Shown: piece by piece, positions 1 through 10,766 of the stretch
Position numbering within the stretch: position 1 is the stretch's first letter
How the letters are laid out: each line of letters starts with the position of its first letter
Assembly (NCBI GenBank): GCA_963711255.1
Contig: CAVQDO010000019.1
Span: 83,022-147,021, forward strand
Origin: an uncultured Gammaproteobacteria bacterium
GTDB taxonomy: Bacteria; Pseudomonadota; Gammaproteobacteria; SZUA-229
DNA length: 64,000 nucleotides
Reading direction: 5' to 3'
Made by a program: the position numbers and the translations under genes
The notes under the pieces: model-generated
What the model saw: the letters and a program-made list of their open reading frames with translations, nothing else
The model's database searches: none
Told to the model about the DNA's origin: nothing

Positions 1-1
1 G

Positions 2-973
2 ATGGCGCACCGTAACAGCAAGCTACATAATAACTCTGACTGCTGCGTTTATTTAGGTGAGGGACTCGCCTCCTATGGTTTTGGCAATGACCACCCTTTC
101 GGCCCGCAACGCCACCATGTTTTCGAAAAAGCTTTTTATAAACAGAAGCTTAACGAAAGAACCAGCGTGCTGTCACCGGTCATGGCCGATCAGCAGCAAT
201 TACAGGTTTTTCATACAGAAGAATACATAAACAGGGTCATTGAACAGTCCAAATTTGGCCTCGGTTATCTTGACGGCGGCGATACGCCGGCATTCATCGG
301 CATGTATGAAGCGGTCCGCTATGTCGCAGGCAGTGTACTGGATGCCGTCGACCAGTTAATGAGCGGGCAGTACAAAAAAGCCTTCGTCCCTATCGCCGGT
401 CTGCATCATGCCCGCCGCCATGTCGCTGCCGGCTTTTGCGTGATCAATGACTGCGGTATCGCGATAGAAACGCTGCTTCAGAAATACCAGTTACAGCGCG
501 TCGCTTATGTCGATATTGATGCCCATCATGGTGATGGCGTTTTCTACAGTTTCGAAGATGAGCCGCGTTTGGTTTTTGCCGATATGCATGAAGATGGCCA
601 CTACCTTTATCCCGGCACGGGAATGATTAGCGAAGTCGGTGAAGGTGAGGCTGCCGGTACAAAGCTAAATATCCCGATGCCACCACATGCAGATGACGCG
701 CTATTTTTTAAAATGTGGCAGCAGCTTGAAAAATTCATCGAGAAATATTCGCCCGAATTTATCCTGTTTCAATGTGGCGCAGACAGCATTAAGGGTGACC
801 CTATTACGCATCTTGCCTATTCCGAAAAAGCCCACGCTTATGCCGCAAAACGATTAAGTGAAATCGCACAGCGGCATTGCCAGGGAAAGTTACTGGTCAT
901 GGGCGGCGGTGGCTATAACCATGACAACATAGCCAAAACCTGGACGGCTGTTGTGGCTGCATTGGCGGAGTAG
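2..973 (+). CDS. Histone deacetylase-family enzyme (AcuC/acetoin utilization-type deacetylase); N-terminus may extend beyond the window edge
   Basis: Motifs GNDHPFGPQRH, HHARRH and DIDAHHGDG are typical of the arginase/deacetylase superfamily; about 320 aa. Confidence 0.8.
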   Translation: MAHRNSKLHNNSDCCVYLGEGLASYGFGNDHPFGPQRHHVFEKAFYKQKLNERTSVLSPVMADQQQLQVFHTEEYINRVIEQSKFGLGYLDGGDTPAFIGMYEAVRYVAGSVLDAVDQLMSGQYKKAFVPIAGLHHARRHVAAGFCVINDCGIAIETLLQKYQLQRVAYVDIDAHHGDGVFYSFEDEPRLVFADMHEDGHYLYPGTGMISEVGEGEAAGTKLNIPMPPHADDALFFKMWQQLEKFIEKYSPEFILFQCGADSIKGDPITHLAYSEKAHAYAAKRLSEIAQRHCQGKLLVMGGGGYNHDNIAKTWTAVVAALAE

Positions 974-988
974 TCATAGAAAAGCTTT

Positions 989-1672
989 TTAACCGTTCTT
1001 AATTATTAAAGTAAAAACCTCACCCATCGCAGTTCGCATCTGTGAAATAGATAAGTACCTGTCATCCAGTACTGACTCCCAGTGCTGGCAGGTCATACGA
1101 AAGACATCCGGCTGCTTATCAGAGCGTAAGTACATCATGGTAGCGTAGTTAAAGACTTCACTGCGATCCAGCATACCTAATGCGTTCAATTTCCCGGCAA
1201 TAACGTGGTCCAGTGATGCCAGTTGCGTACCTTGTTGAATTGATGACGACTCAATATTATCTTCTACCTTGATGATCTCAAAACTGCCCGCCTGTACACT
1301 GCGCGGTTTTTCGTCAATGGTATAGATTTCAAATTTACAATTAGGCTGGTACTTATTAATATCTGCTTCACGCAGAACCTCCCCATTTTGCACATAGACC
1401 GCAACCTGGTCACCGGCAATGCTTATTTCTCGGTTAAGCATCAGCGTTGATCCCACCGCAACCGAATAAAAAGGGGAAGCCTCGTCCTTTACCCTGTTAG
1501 CCTCACATGCCGAAATCACTGCGGCACAGACTACGGAACAGGCAGCCAGCATCAAAAAACCGGACACTCTATTAATACCAATCATAATTACAGCTCCCAA
1601 GATAGCGTTTGTCAGCACATGTCTGATCTGTATATACTCCGGATACACTGAAACTCTGTCAATATTTTCCAC
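989..1672 (-). CDS. Hypothetical exported or lipoprotein-like protein; start codon uncertain
   Basis: Long ORF with an N-terminal hydrophobic stretch and Cys residues (LAACSVVCAAVISAC); no recognisable catalytic motif. Confidence 0.45.
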   Translation of the reverse strand: MENIDRVSVYPEYIQIRHVLTNAILGAVIMIGINRVSGFLMLAACSVVCAAVISACEANRVKDEASPFYSVAVGSTLMLNREISIAGDQVAVYVQNGEVLREADINKYQPNCKFEIYTIDEKPRSVQAGSFEIIKVEDNIESSSIQQGTQLASLDHVIAGKLNALGMLDRSEVFNYATMMYLRSDKQPDVFRMTCQHWESVLDDRYLSISQMRTAMGEVFTLIIKNG

Positions 1673-1694
1673 ATCATCATTTCATAATAAAAGT

Positions 1695-2924
1695 ATGCTG
1701 ACACATCTCTGGTTTGCGTTTTTTGCGGTTTCTTTTATTAGCGCCTGTTATCAGTGGCTGATAAACGGCCAGGCGGAGATCTTTTCGCTATTGATTCAGT
1801 CAACTTTCGACATGGCGGGTCTGAGTGTCGAAATTGCTATTGGCTTAATCGGCGTGCTGGCGCTCTGGCTGGGCTTTTTTAAAATTGCAGAACAGGCAGG
1901 CATGGTTAAGGTGTTATCCCGTGTACTGGAGCCTCTGTTTCTCAAACTGATGCCTGATGTGCCTAAAAACCACCCGTCACATGGCAGCATCACGATGAAT
2001 GTCGCCGCCAATATCCTGGGGCTGGATAATGCTGCCACGCCAATGGGACTAAAAGCCATGCAGGATCTGCAGCAGCTTAATCCCGACAAAAGCACCGCGA
2101 GTAATGCTCAAATTTTATTCCTGGTACTGAACACTTCATCACTGACATTATTACCGGTAACGATCTTCATGTATCGCGCGCAGCAGGGAGCAACTGATCC
2201 AACGGCTGTTTTCCTGCCGATATTAATGGCGACCGGGGCATCTACCCTGACCGGTTTACTGGCCGTGGCCTATGTACAGAAAATTAACCTGCTGGATAAA
2301 ACCATTGCCCTGTATTTCACCGCGCTGGCAGTACTGCTGGCCGTTCTCGCCAGCTTTTTAGTTTCACTGCCAGCCGAGCAAATGGCTGCCACTTCCAGTC
2401 TGCTTGGCAACTTTCTGCTGTTCAGTGTCATTATGCTTTTCCTCGGCTCGGGCTGGGTTAAAAAAGTAGACGTTTACGATGCCTTTATTGAAGGCGCAAA
2501 ACAGGGATTTGAAATTGCTATCAAGCTCATTCCCTACCTGCTTGCCATGCTGGTCGCCATCGGTCTGCTGCGCAGCAGCGGCGTGCTCGACGGCCTGCTG
2601 ACGATGTTCGAATACCTGTTCACCCTGCTGGGATTTAACACCGACTTTGTGCAGGCGCTACCCACTGCCTTTATGAAACCCTTAAGTGGCAGCGGCGCCC
2701 GTGCCATGATGCTGGAAACCATGAATACCTACGGTGCTGATTCATTTGCTGCGACTGTTTCTGCTATTATGCAGGGCAGCACAGAAACCACTTTTTATGT
2801 ACTTGCCGTTTACTTCGGCAGTGTCGGCATTAAAAAAGTCCGGCATGCACTTGCCTGCGCCCTGCTGGCAGACCTGGCGGGTATCAGTACAGCTATTTTT
2901 GCCGGTTACCTGTTTTTCCACTAG
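1695..2924 (+). CDS. Nucleoside-recognition (Gate) domain membrane protein, SpmA/SpmB-like
   Basis: About 409 aa polytopic membrane protein with two homologous halves resembling fused spore-maturation SpmA/SpmB nucleoside transporter-like proteins. Confidence 0.55.
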   Translation: MLTHLWFAFFAVSFISACYQWLINGQAEIFSLLIQSTFDMAGLSVEIAIGLIGVLALWLGFFKIAEQAGMVKVLSRVLEPLFLKLMPDVPKNHPSHGSITMNVAANILGLDNAATPMGLKAMQDLQQLNPDKSTASNAQILFLVLNTSSLTLLPVTIFMYRAQQGATDPTAVFLPILMATGASTLTGLLAVAYVQKINLLDKTIALYFTALAVLLAVLASFLVSLPAEQMAATSSLLGNFLLFSVIMLFLGSGWVKKVDVYDAFIEGAKQGFEIAIKLIPYLLAMLVAIGLLRSSGVLDGLLTMFEYLFTLLGFNTDFVQALPTAFMKPLSGSGARAMMLETMNTYGADSFAATVSAIMQGSTETTFYVLAVYFGSVGIKKVRHALACALLADLAGISTAIFAGYLFFH

Positions 2925-3005
2925 ATTGATTCAAGACCATTGTGCGCGGTTAAATAACTCATATTAGTAGCATTTATCGCCATAATGATTTAAAACACCT
3001 TACCT

Positions 3006-3878
3006 ATGCCTATACAATTTTCACTAAAATTAGTTAGCACCGCGTTAATCCTGTTAATGCTATCAGCCTGCTCCATGAATAGCATGATGGTAAAAATGTC
3101 CATGCCAATGATGGAAAGCGGTATCGAGGCGATGCAACAGGAATCCGACCTGCAGCTGGCGGAAGACGCCATGCCCGCCAATATAAGCATGCTAAGAGGC
3201 ATGATTCAACTGGACCCGGAAAATAGCCAGTTACACGTTTATGCTGCCCAGGCCTACTACGGTTTATCTTATGGCTTCAATGAAGACAGTGATTCAATCC
3301 GCGCAGGAAAACTTTATAAACGCGGACTTAAACACGGACTGACTGCTTTACGATTAATGGGCTTTAAAAATGCGGAAAAGCTCAAGCCGAAAGAACTCGA
3401 AAAACAGTTAAAAACACTTGGCCCGGACAGCGTTGCCGCGCTGTTCTGGACGGCCAGCAACTGGGTAAAGTGGATAGATCTTAATCGTGATGATGCGGCC
3501 AGTTTGATTCAGCTGCCAAAACCAACATCAATGATGCAGCGCGTGCTGGAACTGGATGACACATTTTATTACGGCGGCGCTCATATGTACTTTGGTGTTT
3601 ATTATGGCGCACGCGCTCCAACCCTGGGCGGCGACTATAAAAAGTCAAAAAAACATTTTGACCGGGCACGAAAAATCACCAATAACAAGCTACTGATCGT
3701 CGACCTGCTGCAGGCAGAGTACCTTGCCAGGCAAATGTTTGACCAGAATGATTTTCATCAGCGTCTAAGCAGAATCATTGAAGCACCCGAGGATCTTTCA
3801 CCGGATTTAATGCTGCTAAATCAAATAGCCAAACGTAAAGCGACCTTACTGTTAAATAAGGAAAGAAAATGGTTTTAG
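3006..3878 (+). CDS. TatT-like TPR protein associated with a TRAP transporter
   Basis: Lipoprotein signal (LLMLSACS) and TPR-like helical content, immediately upstream of DctP/DctQ/DctM genes (TPAT arrangement). Confidence 0.55.
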   Translation: MPIQFSLKLVSTALILLMLSACSMNSMMVKMSMPMMESGIEAMQQESDLQLAEDAMPANISMLRGMIQLDPENSQLHVYAAQAYYGLSYGFNEDSDSIRAGKLYKRGLKHGLTALRLMGFKNAEKLKPKELEKQLKTLGPDSVAALFWTASNWVKWIDLNRDDAASLIQLPKPTSMMQRVLELDDTFYYGGAHMYFGVYYGARAPTLGGDYKKSKKHFDRARKITNNKLLIVDLLQAEYLARQMFDQNDFHQRLSRIIEAPEDLSPDLMLLNQIAKRKATLLLNKERKWF

Positions 3879-4933
3879 CAGGAAAATTTTTTCAACTTAA
3901 AAAGTTATCGCCTGGTAAATTTATTTCCGGCCTTTCAATACTTGCACTGTGCCTTCTATGCTGGCAAAACGTAATCGCACAGGAAACTTACACCTTAAAA
4001 TTTGCCACGCTCATACCTACCGGTACCGCATGGACAAAAACCTTCGATAACTGGATACAGGACATCGAAGATAAAAGCCAGGGCCGCCTAATATTTAAAA
4101 TGTACCCTGGCGGTGTTATGGGTGATGAACCCGACGTTTTACGGAAAATCCGAAAGGGCCAGCTGCATGGCGGACTTTTTAGTGGTTACGGTATCGGGCG
4201 CATTTATTCGCCCGCGCGAATTCTGGAACTGCCTTTTTTGTTTAAAAATGCCGATGAATCTGATTACGTCAGAAACCAGTTAATGCCGGAAATAGAAAAT
4301 GGCTTTCGTGACAGCGGCTTCGAGCTGATCGGCTGGCCCGAAGTTGGTTTTATACATTTCTTTTCCAAGCACAAAATACAATCCATTGAGGATATAAAAA
4401 ACAGCCGCATCTGGTTATGGCAGGGCGACCCCCTGGGCGAAGCATTATTTGCTGCTGCCGATATTAAACCTGTACCGCTGTCGATTATCGATGTTTACCC
4501 GCAATTATCTGCCCGCCACGGCAGCATTGATACCGTCTACATGTCTACCTTTGGCGCTATTGCACTGCAGTGGTATTCAAAAGTAAATTATGCCACTCAC
4601 ATTTCGGTCACCAATGCCATCGGCGCCGTTGTAGTCAGCAACGATTTTTATAACACGCTGCCTGAAGACCTGCAGCTACTGCTTAAAACATCTGGCACAC
4701 AGGCAAGCGACCTGATCCGCAAGCAGACACGCCTGGAAAACATAAAAAGCAAACAGCTGTTAATCGATAATGGCATTGAGTTTCTATGGGACTGGGACAC
4801 TGCAAATATCGATGAATTTATTACCATCCGGGACAAGGCTGCTTCACATTTAATTAAAACAAACTATATACCTCAAGAGTTTTTCAATAAAACCCGATTT
4901 CACTTAAGCCATTACCGCGAACAGAATAAATAA
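3869..4933 (+). CDS. TRAP transporter substrate-binding protein (DctP family)
   Basis: Signal peptide and DctP-like periplasmic binding protein length; operon with DctQ and DctM. Confidence 0.75.
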   Translation: MVLAGKFFQLKKLSPGKFISGLSILALCLLCWQNVIAQETYTLKFATLIPTGTAWTKTFDNWIQDIEDKSQGRLIFKMYPGGVMGDEPDVLRKIRKGQLHGGLFSGYGIGRIYSPARILELPFLFKNADESDYVRNQLMPEIENGFRDSGFELIGWPEVGFIHFFSKHKIQSIEDIKNSRIWLWQGDPLGEALFAAADIKPVPLSIIDVYPQLSARHGSIDTVYMSTFGAIALQWYSKVNYATHISVTNAIGAVVVSNDFYNTLPEDLQLLLKTSGTQASDLIRKQTRLENIKSKQLLIDNGIEFLWDWDTANIDEFITIRDKAASHLIKTNYIPQEFFNKTRFHLSHYREQNK

Positions 4934-4939
4934 ACTATT

Positions 4940-5413
4940 TTGCTGAAGAAACTTGATCAGTTATTACAAAAACTAGAAACAGGATTTGCCGCAGGCAGCC
5001 TGCTTATGTTGCTGGCGCTCTCGCTGTTTCAAATTCTAATCAGGAATATTTTTGAGTACGGCTATCCGGAAATAGACATTATTAATCGTCATTTACTGGT
5101 GTTATGCGGCATGATGGGCGCTGTACTTGCCACCTCAAAATTTTCCCACATTAAAACAGACGCGCTGAATATTTTTCTATCTGGCGAACAAAAAAAGAAA
5201 CTGCGACTGCCACTGGCCCTGTTTGCCAGCGGTACCTGTGCAGCACTTTTTTATTATTCAATTATTTTTGTTAGTGACGAATGGCAGTACCTGCCAATAA
5301 ATGAGCGCTGGACCCTGCCGTTCACCCTGATCTACCCGCTAAGTTTTTCATTAATGAGCTTTCACTTCATCAGCAACGAAATCATTCCCGGTAAACGGCC
5401 TGCTCAAACATGA
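4940..5413 (+). CDS. TRAP transporter small permease (DctQ)
   Basis: 157 aa with four hydrophobic helices, positioned between DctP and DctM. Confidence 0.65.
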   Translation: MLKKLDQLLQKLETGFAAGSLLMLLALSLFQILIRNIFEYGYPEIDIINRHLLVLCGMMGAVLATSKFSHIKTDALNIFLSGEQKKKLRLPLALFASGTCAALFYYSIIFVSDEWQYLPINERWTLPFTLIYPLSFSLMSFHFISNEIIPGKRPAQT

Positions 5414-6669
5414 TGTTTGCTGCTGTATTTCTTCTCATTATTATTGCACTCACAGGTGCGCCATTATTTACCGCACTGGCAGCAGGCGCATTGCTGGCCA
5501 GTAATTCATTAGATATCAGTCCTGACATTCTTATCATTGAAATGAACCGGCTAGCCGCATCGCCCAATATGATCGCATTGCCACTTTTTATATTTGCTGG
5601 CGTTGTTATGTCTAATGGTGGCGCAGCAAATAGATTAATAGCATTTTACCGCGCCAGTTTTGGTTTTATGCCCGGCGGCATTGCCATTGTTGCCTTAATC
5701 AGCTGCGCATTTTTTACCATGTTTTCCGGCGCTTCCGGCGTTACCATCCTTGCCCTTGGCGGCCTGCTGTACCCTATCCTTAGAAAAGAAGGTTACTCCG
5801 AAAATTTCAGCCTGGGACTGTTAACCACATCGGGTTCCCTGGGATTGTTATTCCCGCCAAGCCTGGCCATTATCATTTATGGCATCGTTGCCAACGTCAG
5901 CATTGAACATATGTTTCTTGCCGGGCTGCTGCCAGGACTTTTACTGATCCTTTTTTTAGCGGCCTACAGTGCCTATTGTGATAAATCATTTCGCGTGCAG
6001 CGCCAGCCGTTCAATTTAAACGAAGCGCTCACAACAAGCCGACATTGCATCTGGGACCTGCTAATGCCTGTTGGTATTATCCTTGGAATATTCGGTGGTT
6101 TTGTATCCTTAACAGAAGCCGCTGCTGTTACTGCCAGCTATGTCCTGTTTATTGAATCGGTTGTTTATAGATCCATTTCATTAAAAGATAAATTGTTCGG
6201 CTTATTGAGCGAAACCTGTTTACTGTTTGGCAGCCTGATCATCATTCTTCTCGTTGCACTGGGGCTGACAAATTTATTAATAGATGCCCAGGTACCGATG
6301 CAATTACTGGCCTTTATTGAAAGCTTCATCGATTCCAAAATTCAGTTTTTAATTCTATTAAATATTTTTCTGCTGCTGGTTGGCGCACTGATGGACATCT
6401 TTTCCGCTTTGCTTGTCGTGGTTCCATTGCTGCTGCCGCTTGCCAGTCGTTATAATATAGATCCCGTTCACCTGGGTATTATCTTTCTGGCTAACCTCGA
6501 AATCGGCTACTCAACACCGCCTATAGGTATCAATCTTTTTATCGCCAGCCAGCGATTCAACAAACCCGTATTAACACTTTTTCAGTCGACTATCCCGTTT
6601 TTACTGATTATGCTTGTCTGGTTATTAGTAATTACTTATTTACCCGCACTTTCCCTGTGGTGGCAATAA
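5410..6669 (+). CDS. TRAP transporter large permease (DctM)
   Basis: 419 aa polytopic permease; 4-bp overlap with the upstream dctQ. Confidence 0.8.
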   Translation: MMFAAVFLLIIIALTGAPLFTALAAGALLASNSLDISPDILIIEMNRLAASPNMIALPLFIFAGVVMSNGGAANRLIAFYRASFGFMPGGIAIVALISCAFFTMFSGASGVTILALGGLLYPILRKEGYSENFSLGLLTTSGSLGLLFPPSLAIIIYGIVANVSIEHMFLAGLLPGLLLILFLAAYSAYCDKSFRVQRQPFNLNEALTTSRHCIWDLLMPVGIILGIFGGFVSLTEAAAVTASYVLFIESVVYRSISLKDKLFGLLSETCLLFGSLIIILLVALGLTNLLIDAQVPMQLLAFIESFIDSKIQFLILLNIFLLLVGALMDIFSALLVVVPLLLPLASRYNIDPVHLGIIFLANLEIGYSTPPIGINLFIASQRFNKPVLTLFQSTIPFLLIMLVWLLVITYLPALSLWWQ

Positions 6670-6793
6670 AATCATGCCTAATATTCATCATATTGATTTA
6701 TTTGCAAAAAATCACGAAAAAACAGATGAAAAATAGAACTGACAGCGCTATCCTTGTCTGATAGCGAGATGTTATTAAACATGGAGAAACGAA

Positions 6794-8470
6794 ATGCAAA
6801 AACCCTGGTTAAATAGTTACCCGGAAGGCGTCGAAGAATTCATTGATATCAATCAGTTTTCATCGGTAGCAGATATATTTGACACCAGTATCTCCAAATT
6901 CAGCGAACTGCCCGCTTATACTAATTTTGGCAAAACAATCAGCTATCACGAACTCGATGTTTATACGGCTCAACTAGGCGCTTACCTGAAAAATGAATTG
7001 GGCCTTGAAAAAGGTGACCGCGTTGCGGTAATGATGCCTAACCTGCTGCAAAACCCGATCGCAATCTTCGGCATTCTCCGTGCGGGCCTGGTGGTGGTTA
7101 ATACCAACCCTTTATATACCGCCCGTGAACTTCAACATCAGCTCGATGACTCTGGTGCAAAAGCTATTATAATCGTTGAAAACTTCGCCCACGTATTAGA
7201 AAAAGTTATTGAAGACACGCCAGTTAAACATGTAATCACTACAAAAATGGGCGACCTGTTATCGCCGTTCAAAGGCTTCCTTATTAACACCGTTGTAAAA
7301 TATGTAAAAAAGATGGTGCCTGCCTTTCGCTTGAAAGGTTCTGTTGGCTTTAAAAAAGCCCTTAAACTTGGCTCCCAGCATCGCTTTCAAACCGTACCTG
7401 GAACGCACGACGATATTGCCTTTCTACAATATACCGGTGGTACAACGGGTGTATCCAAAGGCGCGGTACTGACTAACAAAAACATGGTTGCCAATATGCA
7501 GCAGGCTTCGGCATGGATTGACCATTGCCTTGGCGACAAAAAAGGCACCATTATCACTGCGTTACCGCTGTATCATATTTTTTCCTTAACCGCGAACTGC
7601 CTCACCTTCATGCGCTATGGCTGGTGTAATTACCTGATCACTAATCCACGTGATATCAACGGCTTCGTCAAGGAGTTGAAGTCTGTTGATTTTAATGTGC
7701 TGACCGGTGTAAACACTTTATTTAACGGCCTGTTAAACCATCCTGATTTTAAAAAACTGGACTTCAGTAATTTCTCTTTTGCACTGGGCGGCGGCATGGC
7801 CGTGCAGCGCGGTGTAGCAGAACGCTGGAAAGAAGTCACCGGCACTACATTAATTGAAGCTTATGGCCTTACTGAAACCTCACCCGCTGCCTGCATGAAT
7901 CCTATGGATCTGAAAGAATTCAACGGCAAAATCGGGCTGCCTATTTCGTCTACTGAAGTATCTATTCAGGATGATGACTGGAATGAGCTGGAAATAGGTA
8001 AACACGGTGAAATCTGTATACGCGGCCCACAGGTTATGCGTGGATACTGGGCGCGCCCGAAAGAAACCTCCAATGTATTGAGTAATGATGGCTGGCTTCA
8101 CACCGGCGACATTGGCTTTATGGACGAAGATGGTTTTGTTCAGATTGTTGACCGCAAAAAAGACATGATCCTGGTCTCAGGTTTTAATGTCTTCCCTAAC
8201 GAAGTTGAAGAAGTAATAGCCGCACACCCGAAAGTTATTGAAGTTGGCGTTATCGGCAAGCCGGATGAGCATAGCGGTGAAGTAGTAATGGCTATTGTTG
8301 TAAAAAGCGACGATTCACTAAGCGAAGAAGAATTAAGAGTATTTTGCCGTGAAAGTCTGACAAGTTATAAAGTACCAAAATCTATTATCTTTACTGATGA
8401 GCTACCTAAAACCAATGTCGGTAAAATTTTAAGGCGTGAATTACGCGACCAGTATATTACCGGCACTTAA
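6794..8470 (+). CDS. fadD: Long-chain-fatty-acid--CoA ligase
   Basis: AMP-binding motif YTGGTTGVSKGA, TGD and GKI motifs, 558 aa, N-terminus KPWLNSYPEGV typical of FadD. Confidence 0.85.
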   Translation: MQKPWLNSYPEGVEEFIDINQFSSVADIFDTSISKFSELPAYTNFGKTISYHELDVYTAQLGAYLKNELGLEKGDRVAVMMPNLLQNPIAIFGILRAGLVVVNTNPLYTARELQHQLDDSGAKAIIIVENFAHVLEKVIEDTPVKHVITTKMGDLLSPFKGFLINTVVKYVKKMVPAFRLKGSVGFKKALKLGSQHRFQTVPGTHDDIAFLQYTGGTTGVSKGAVLTNKNMVANMQQASAWIDHCLGDKKGTIITALPLYHIFSLTANCLTFMRYGWCNYLITNPRDINGFVKELKSVDFNVLTGVNTLFNGLLNHPDFKKLDFSNFSFALGGGMAVQRGVAERWKEVTGTTLIEAYGLTETSPAACMNPMDLKEFNGKIGLPISSTEVSIQDDDWNELEIGKHGEICIRGPQVMRGYWARPKETSNVLSNDGWLHTGDIGFMDEDGFVQIVDRKKDMILVSGFNVFPNEVEEVIAAHPKVIEVGVIGKPDEHSGEVVMAIVVKSDDSLSEEELRVFCRESLTSYKVPKSIIFTDELPKTNVGKILRRELRDQYITGT

Positions 8471-8587
8471 AAGCGCTAACCACTATATCATCGCTGTCAT
8501 TTCGAGCTCAGTGATAAATCGTAAAGCTCAAAGCAAGCAAGATCTCTCAATACAGCTTTCGAGATTACAGACATATGGCTCCCTTCA

Positions 8588-9193
8588 TTATAAAAATGAA
8601 TACTTGCCACTGGCGATAAATTCCAGCTCTTCTGGTGTACTCTCTCGTTCTAGTATTTCATTTAGCTCAGGAAAACGGCCAAACTTTTCGATTACATAAT
8701 GATGACTTTTTGCAAAGCTTAGCGCGACTTCAAATGGCTTTTGATACTGTTCCGGCACATCCTTCACCAGCTGGGAAAACGCTGCCAGCGACAAGTCCTG
8801 CTTATGTAAGTCTTCCGCATGTTCCAGCGGCAAATAAAAAAAACTGCGCTCTACCGCGTGCATACGGCTATCATCACCTGCACCGATGCCTTCAATACAC
8901 AGGGCCTGTGCTTTTTCATCCTGCGCAAAGGATAAAGCGGAGCCCCGATGTATATGCCGGGAAAACTGATCAAGTAAAATAATGAGTGCAAGGCGGCCAC
9001 GAAAAGAATCAATCCAGTGATCTAACTCACCATTGATCGCCTTATCGTAGTCGACAGCGAAATTAATAAAAATCTCACTGTCATATGCCGCACCATTTTT
9101 AAACCACATATCCTGCTTCGAAACATCGGCAGAATACGGCGTAGGAAAGGCACCAAACCAGAACTCGAGAATATCTTCGATACGGTTAGTCAT
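8588..9193 (-). CDS. DUF924 family protein
   Basis: N-terminal ILEFWFG... pattern and a length of about 200 aa resemble the DUF924 (YbaA-like) family. Confidence 0.6.
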   Translation of the reverse strand: MTNRIEDILEFWFGAFPTPYSADVSKQDMWFKNGAAYDSEIFINFAVDYDKAINGELDHWIDSFRGRLALIILLDQFSRHIHRGSALSFAQDEKAQALCIEGIGAGDDSRMHAVERSFFYLPLEHAEDLHKQDLSLAAFSQLVKDVPEQYQKPFEVALSFAKSHHYVIEKFGRFPELNEILERESTPEELEFIASGKYSFL

Positions 9194-9260
9194 TAAAACT
9201 CGTTTTTATTTACCGGTCAGGAGTTCGTACATCTAATGTCGCCCCATATACCGACCTGCT

Positions 9261-9746
9261 CTAAAACTTGAGCAGCGCGTTTACCTGCAAACCATTAACG
9301 TGCTCACGCGCTACGTATTCCATCCGCATTGCAACTTTAGTATCAAACTTGTATTGCAAACCGGCACCCAGCAACAGGCCGTCATCATCACCAAAGTCAT
9401 AACCAAATCTACCCAGCAGGTCCACCTTGCTGGTCAAAGGTACAGACTCAACAACTGCCGCCCAAACACCTATGACATCACCGATGCTGCCGGACGTTTT
9501 GTAACGATCAAAATCGCCGCTATCCATGTAACCGATTTCCAGCGCGGTAGATATATCGTCATTAAGTTTAAAGTCAAAGTCGTAACCACCAAAAAACTGG
9601 AAGCCGCGCGCACTGCCAACACCCGGCAAACTGTTAAAGCCAAAGCCGCCGCCCAGGTAAAGACGCTTTGCATCAATACCTTCAGCCATCACCGGTGTAA
9701 CCACTACAGCTGACAGCAAAGCCAGTAAACCAACAAATTTCTTCAT
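9261..9746 (-). CDS. Small outer-membrane beta-barrel protein (OmpA-like TM / OmpW-like)
   Basis: Signal peptide MKKFVGLLALLSAVVVTPVMA, alternating hydrophobic pattern, C-terminal aromatic residue (KF). Confidence 0.6.
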   Translation of the reverse strand: MKKFVGLLALLSAVVVTPVMAEGIDAKRLYLGGGFGFNSLPGVGSARGFQFFGGYDFDFKLNDDISTALEIGYMDSGDFDRYKTSGSIGDVIGVWAAVVESVPLTSKVDLLGRFGYDFGDDDGLLLGAGLQYKFDTKVAMRMEYVAREHVNGLQVNALLKF

Positions 9747-9965
9747 AAATAAACCTTTCTTTTTAAAACTTAAAATTCAATTAACCATTGATGCGCTACA
9801 CTTCCAGCGCGCCTGTTGGACAGATACATTAGCCAAACGTTTCATCTATAGCTGGCATCGCATTTGACCATAGTCGGAAGCCTTAGCCAATAACAACTGG
9901 TAACAATATTAAAAATACATGAAAATGGCAGCCAGGCAAATTTATCGAGAAATAAGCAGACACTG

Positions 9966-10457
9966 ATGGCACGAATAATAATTCTCATTGCGGTAATCGG
10001 TATCGCCCTGATTCTCTGGCATAAAATCACCAGAACTAGCGGCGACGAACGTAAAAAGCTCATTTTCTGGAGTATTTTTGGCAGCATCATTGCCATACTT
10101 GGCCTCCTCGCCATTACCGGCCACCTGAATATTATTACTGCAGCTATTGCCGGGCTCATTGCATTGATCCCTCGCGCCATGCAATTGGTGAAATACCTGC
10201 CGTTCATCAGCAAGCTATACCAGCAGGGCAAGCAGGGGCCCGGACAGACCCACCAGCAGGCGCAACCGCCGCCACAGGGCAAAAACGCCATGAGCAAGGA
10301 AGAAGCCATAGAAGTACTTGGTTTAAAGCCCGACTATACAAAAGATGACGTGGTCAGCGCACACCGGCGCATGATGTCGAAGGTTCACCCGGATCGGGGC
10401 GGTTCGGATTACATGGCGGCGCAACTCAACAAAGCCAAAGATACTTTACTAGGTTAA
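9966..10457 (+). CDS. Membrane-anchored J-domain protein (DnaJ-domain co-chaperone, DjlA-like)
   Basis: Two N-terminal TM helices, a P/Q-rich linker and a C-terminal J-domain with the HPD motif (KVHPDRGGS). Confidence 0.7.
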   Translation: MARIIILIAVIGIALILWHKITRTSGDERKKLIFWSIFGSIIAILGLLAITGHLNIITAAIAGLIALIPRAMQLVKYLPFISKLYQQGKQGPGQTHQQAQPPPQGKNAMSKEEAIEVLGLKPDYTKDDVVSAHRRMMSKVHPDRGGSDYMAAQLNKAKDTLLG

Positions 10458-10766
10458 TACCCCTGATTACAGCAAAGCCCTGGGTTTCATGGCTATTTGT
10501 GCACATTAATTCCAGTAAAATACCTGCTTAAGCCAGGGCCTCAACGTAACTGGCTATGCTCGCCAAGATTCGACAAATAAAACATTTAAAAACAATCAGT
10601 TATGACACTTCATTAAAAACAGTCAAGCCTCTTTCTGCTGCTGCGGGTAGCAACAAGCGCTTGAATTATTTATCATAAGCCCTATCTAGAACCATGAACG
10701 GTAGCAAAAATTTAACACTAGCGACTCGAATCAGCCGTTAAATTATGCTTTTTAAACGAGAGAACT

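Noticed and set aside
8436-8982. ORFs 8436..8699(+) and 8635..8982(+) overlapping the DUF924 gene
   Set aside because: They are antisense to, or overlap, the better-supported minus-strand DUF924 ORF.
9842-10309. Minus-strand 155-aa ORF antisense to the J-domain membrane protein gene
   Set aside because: It is wholly antisense to a well-supported gene, Cys/Trp-rich and implausible as a protein.
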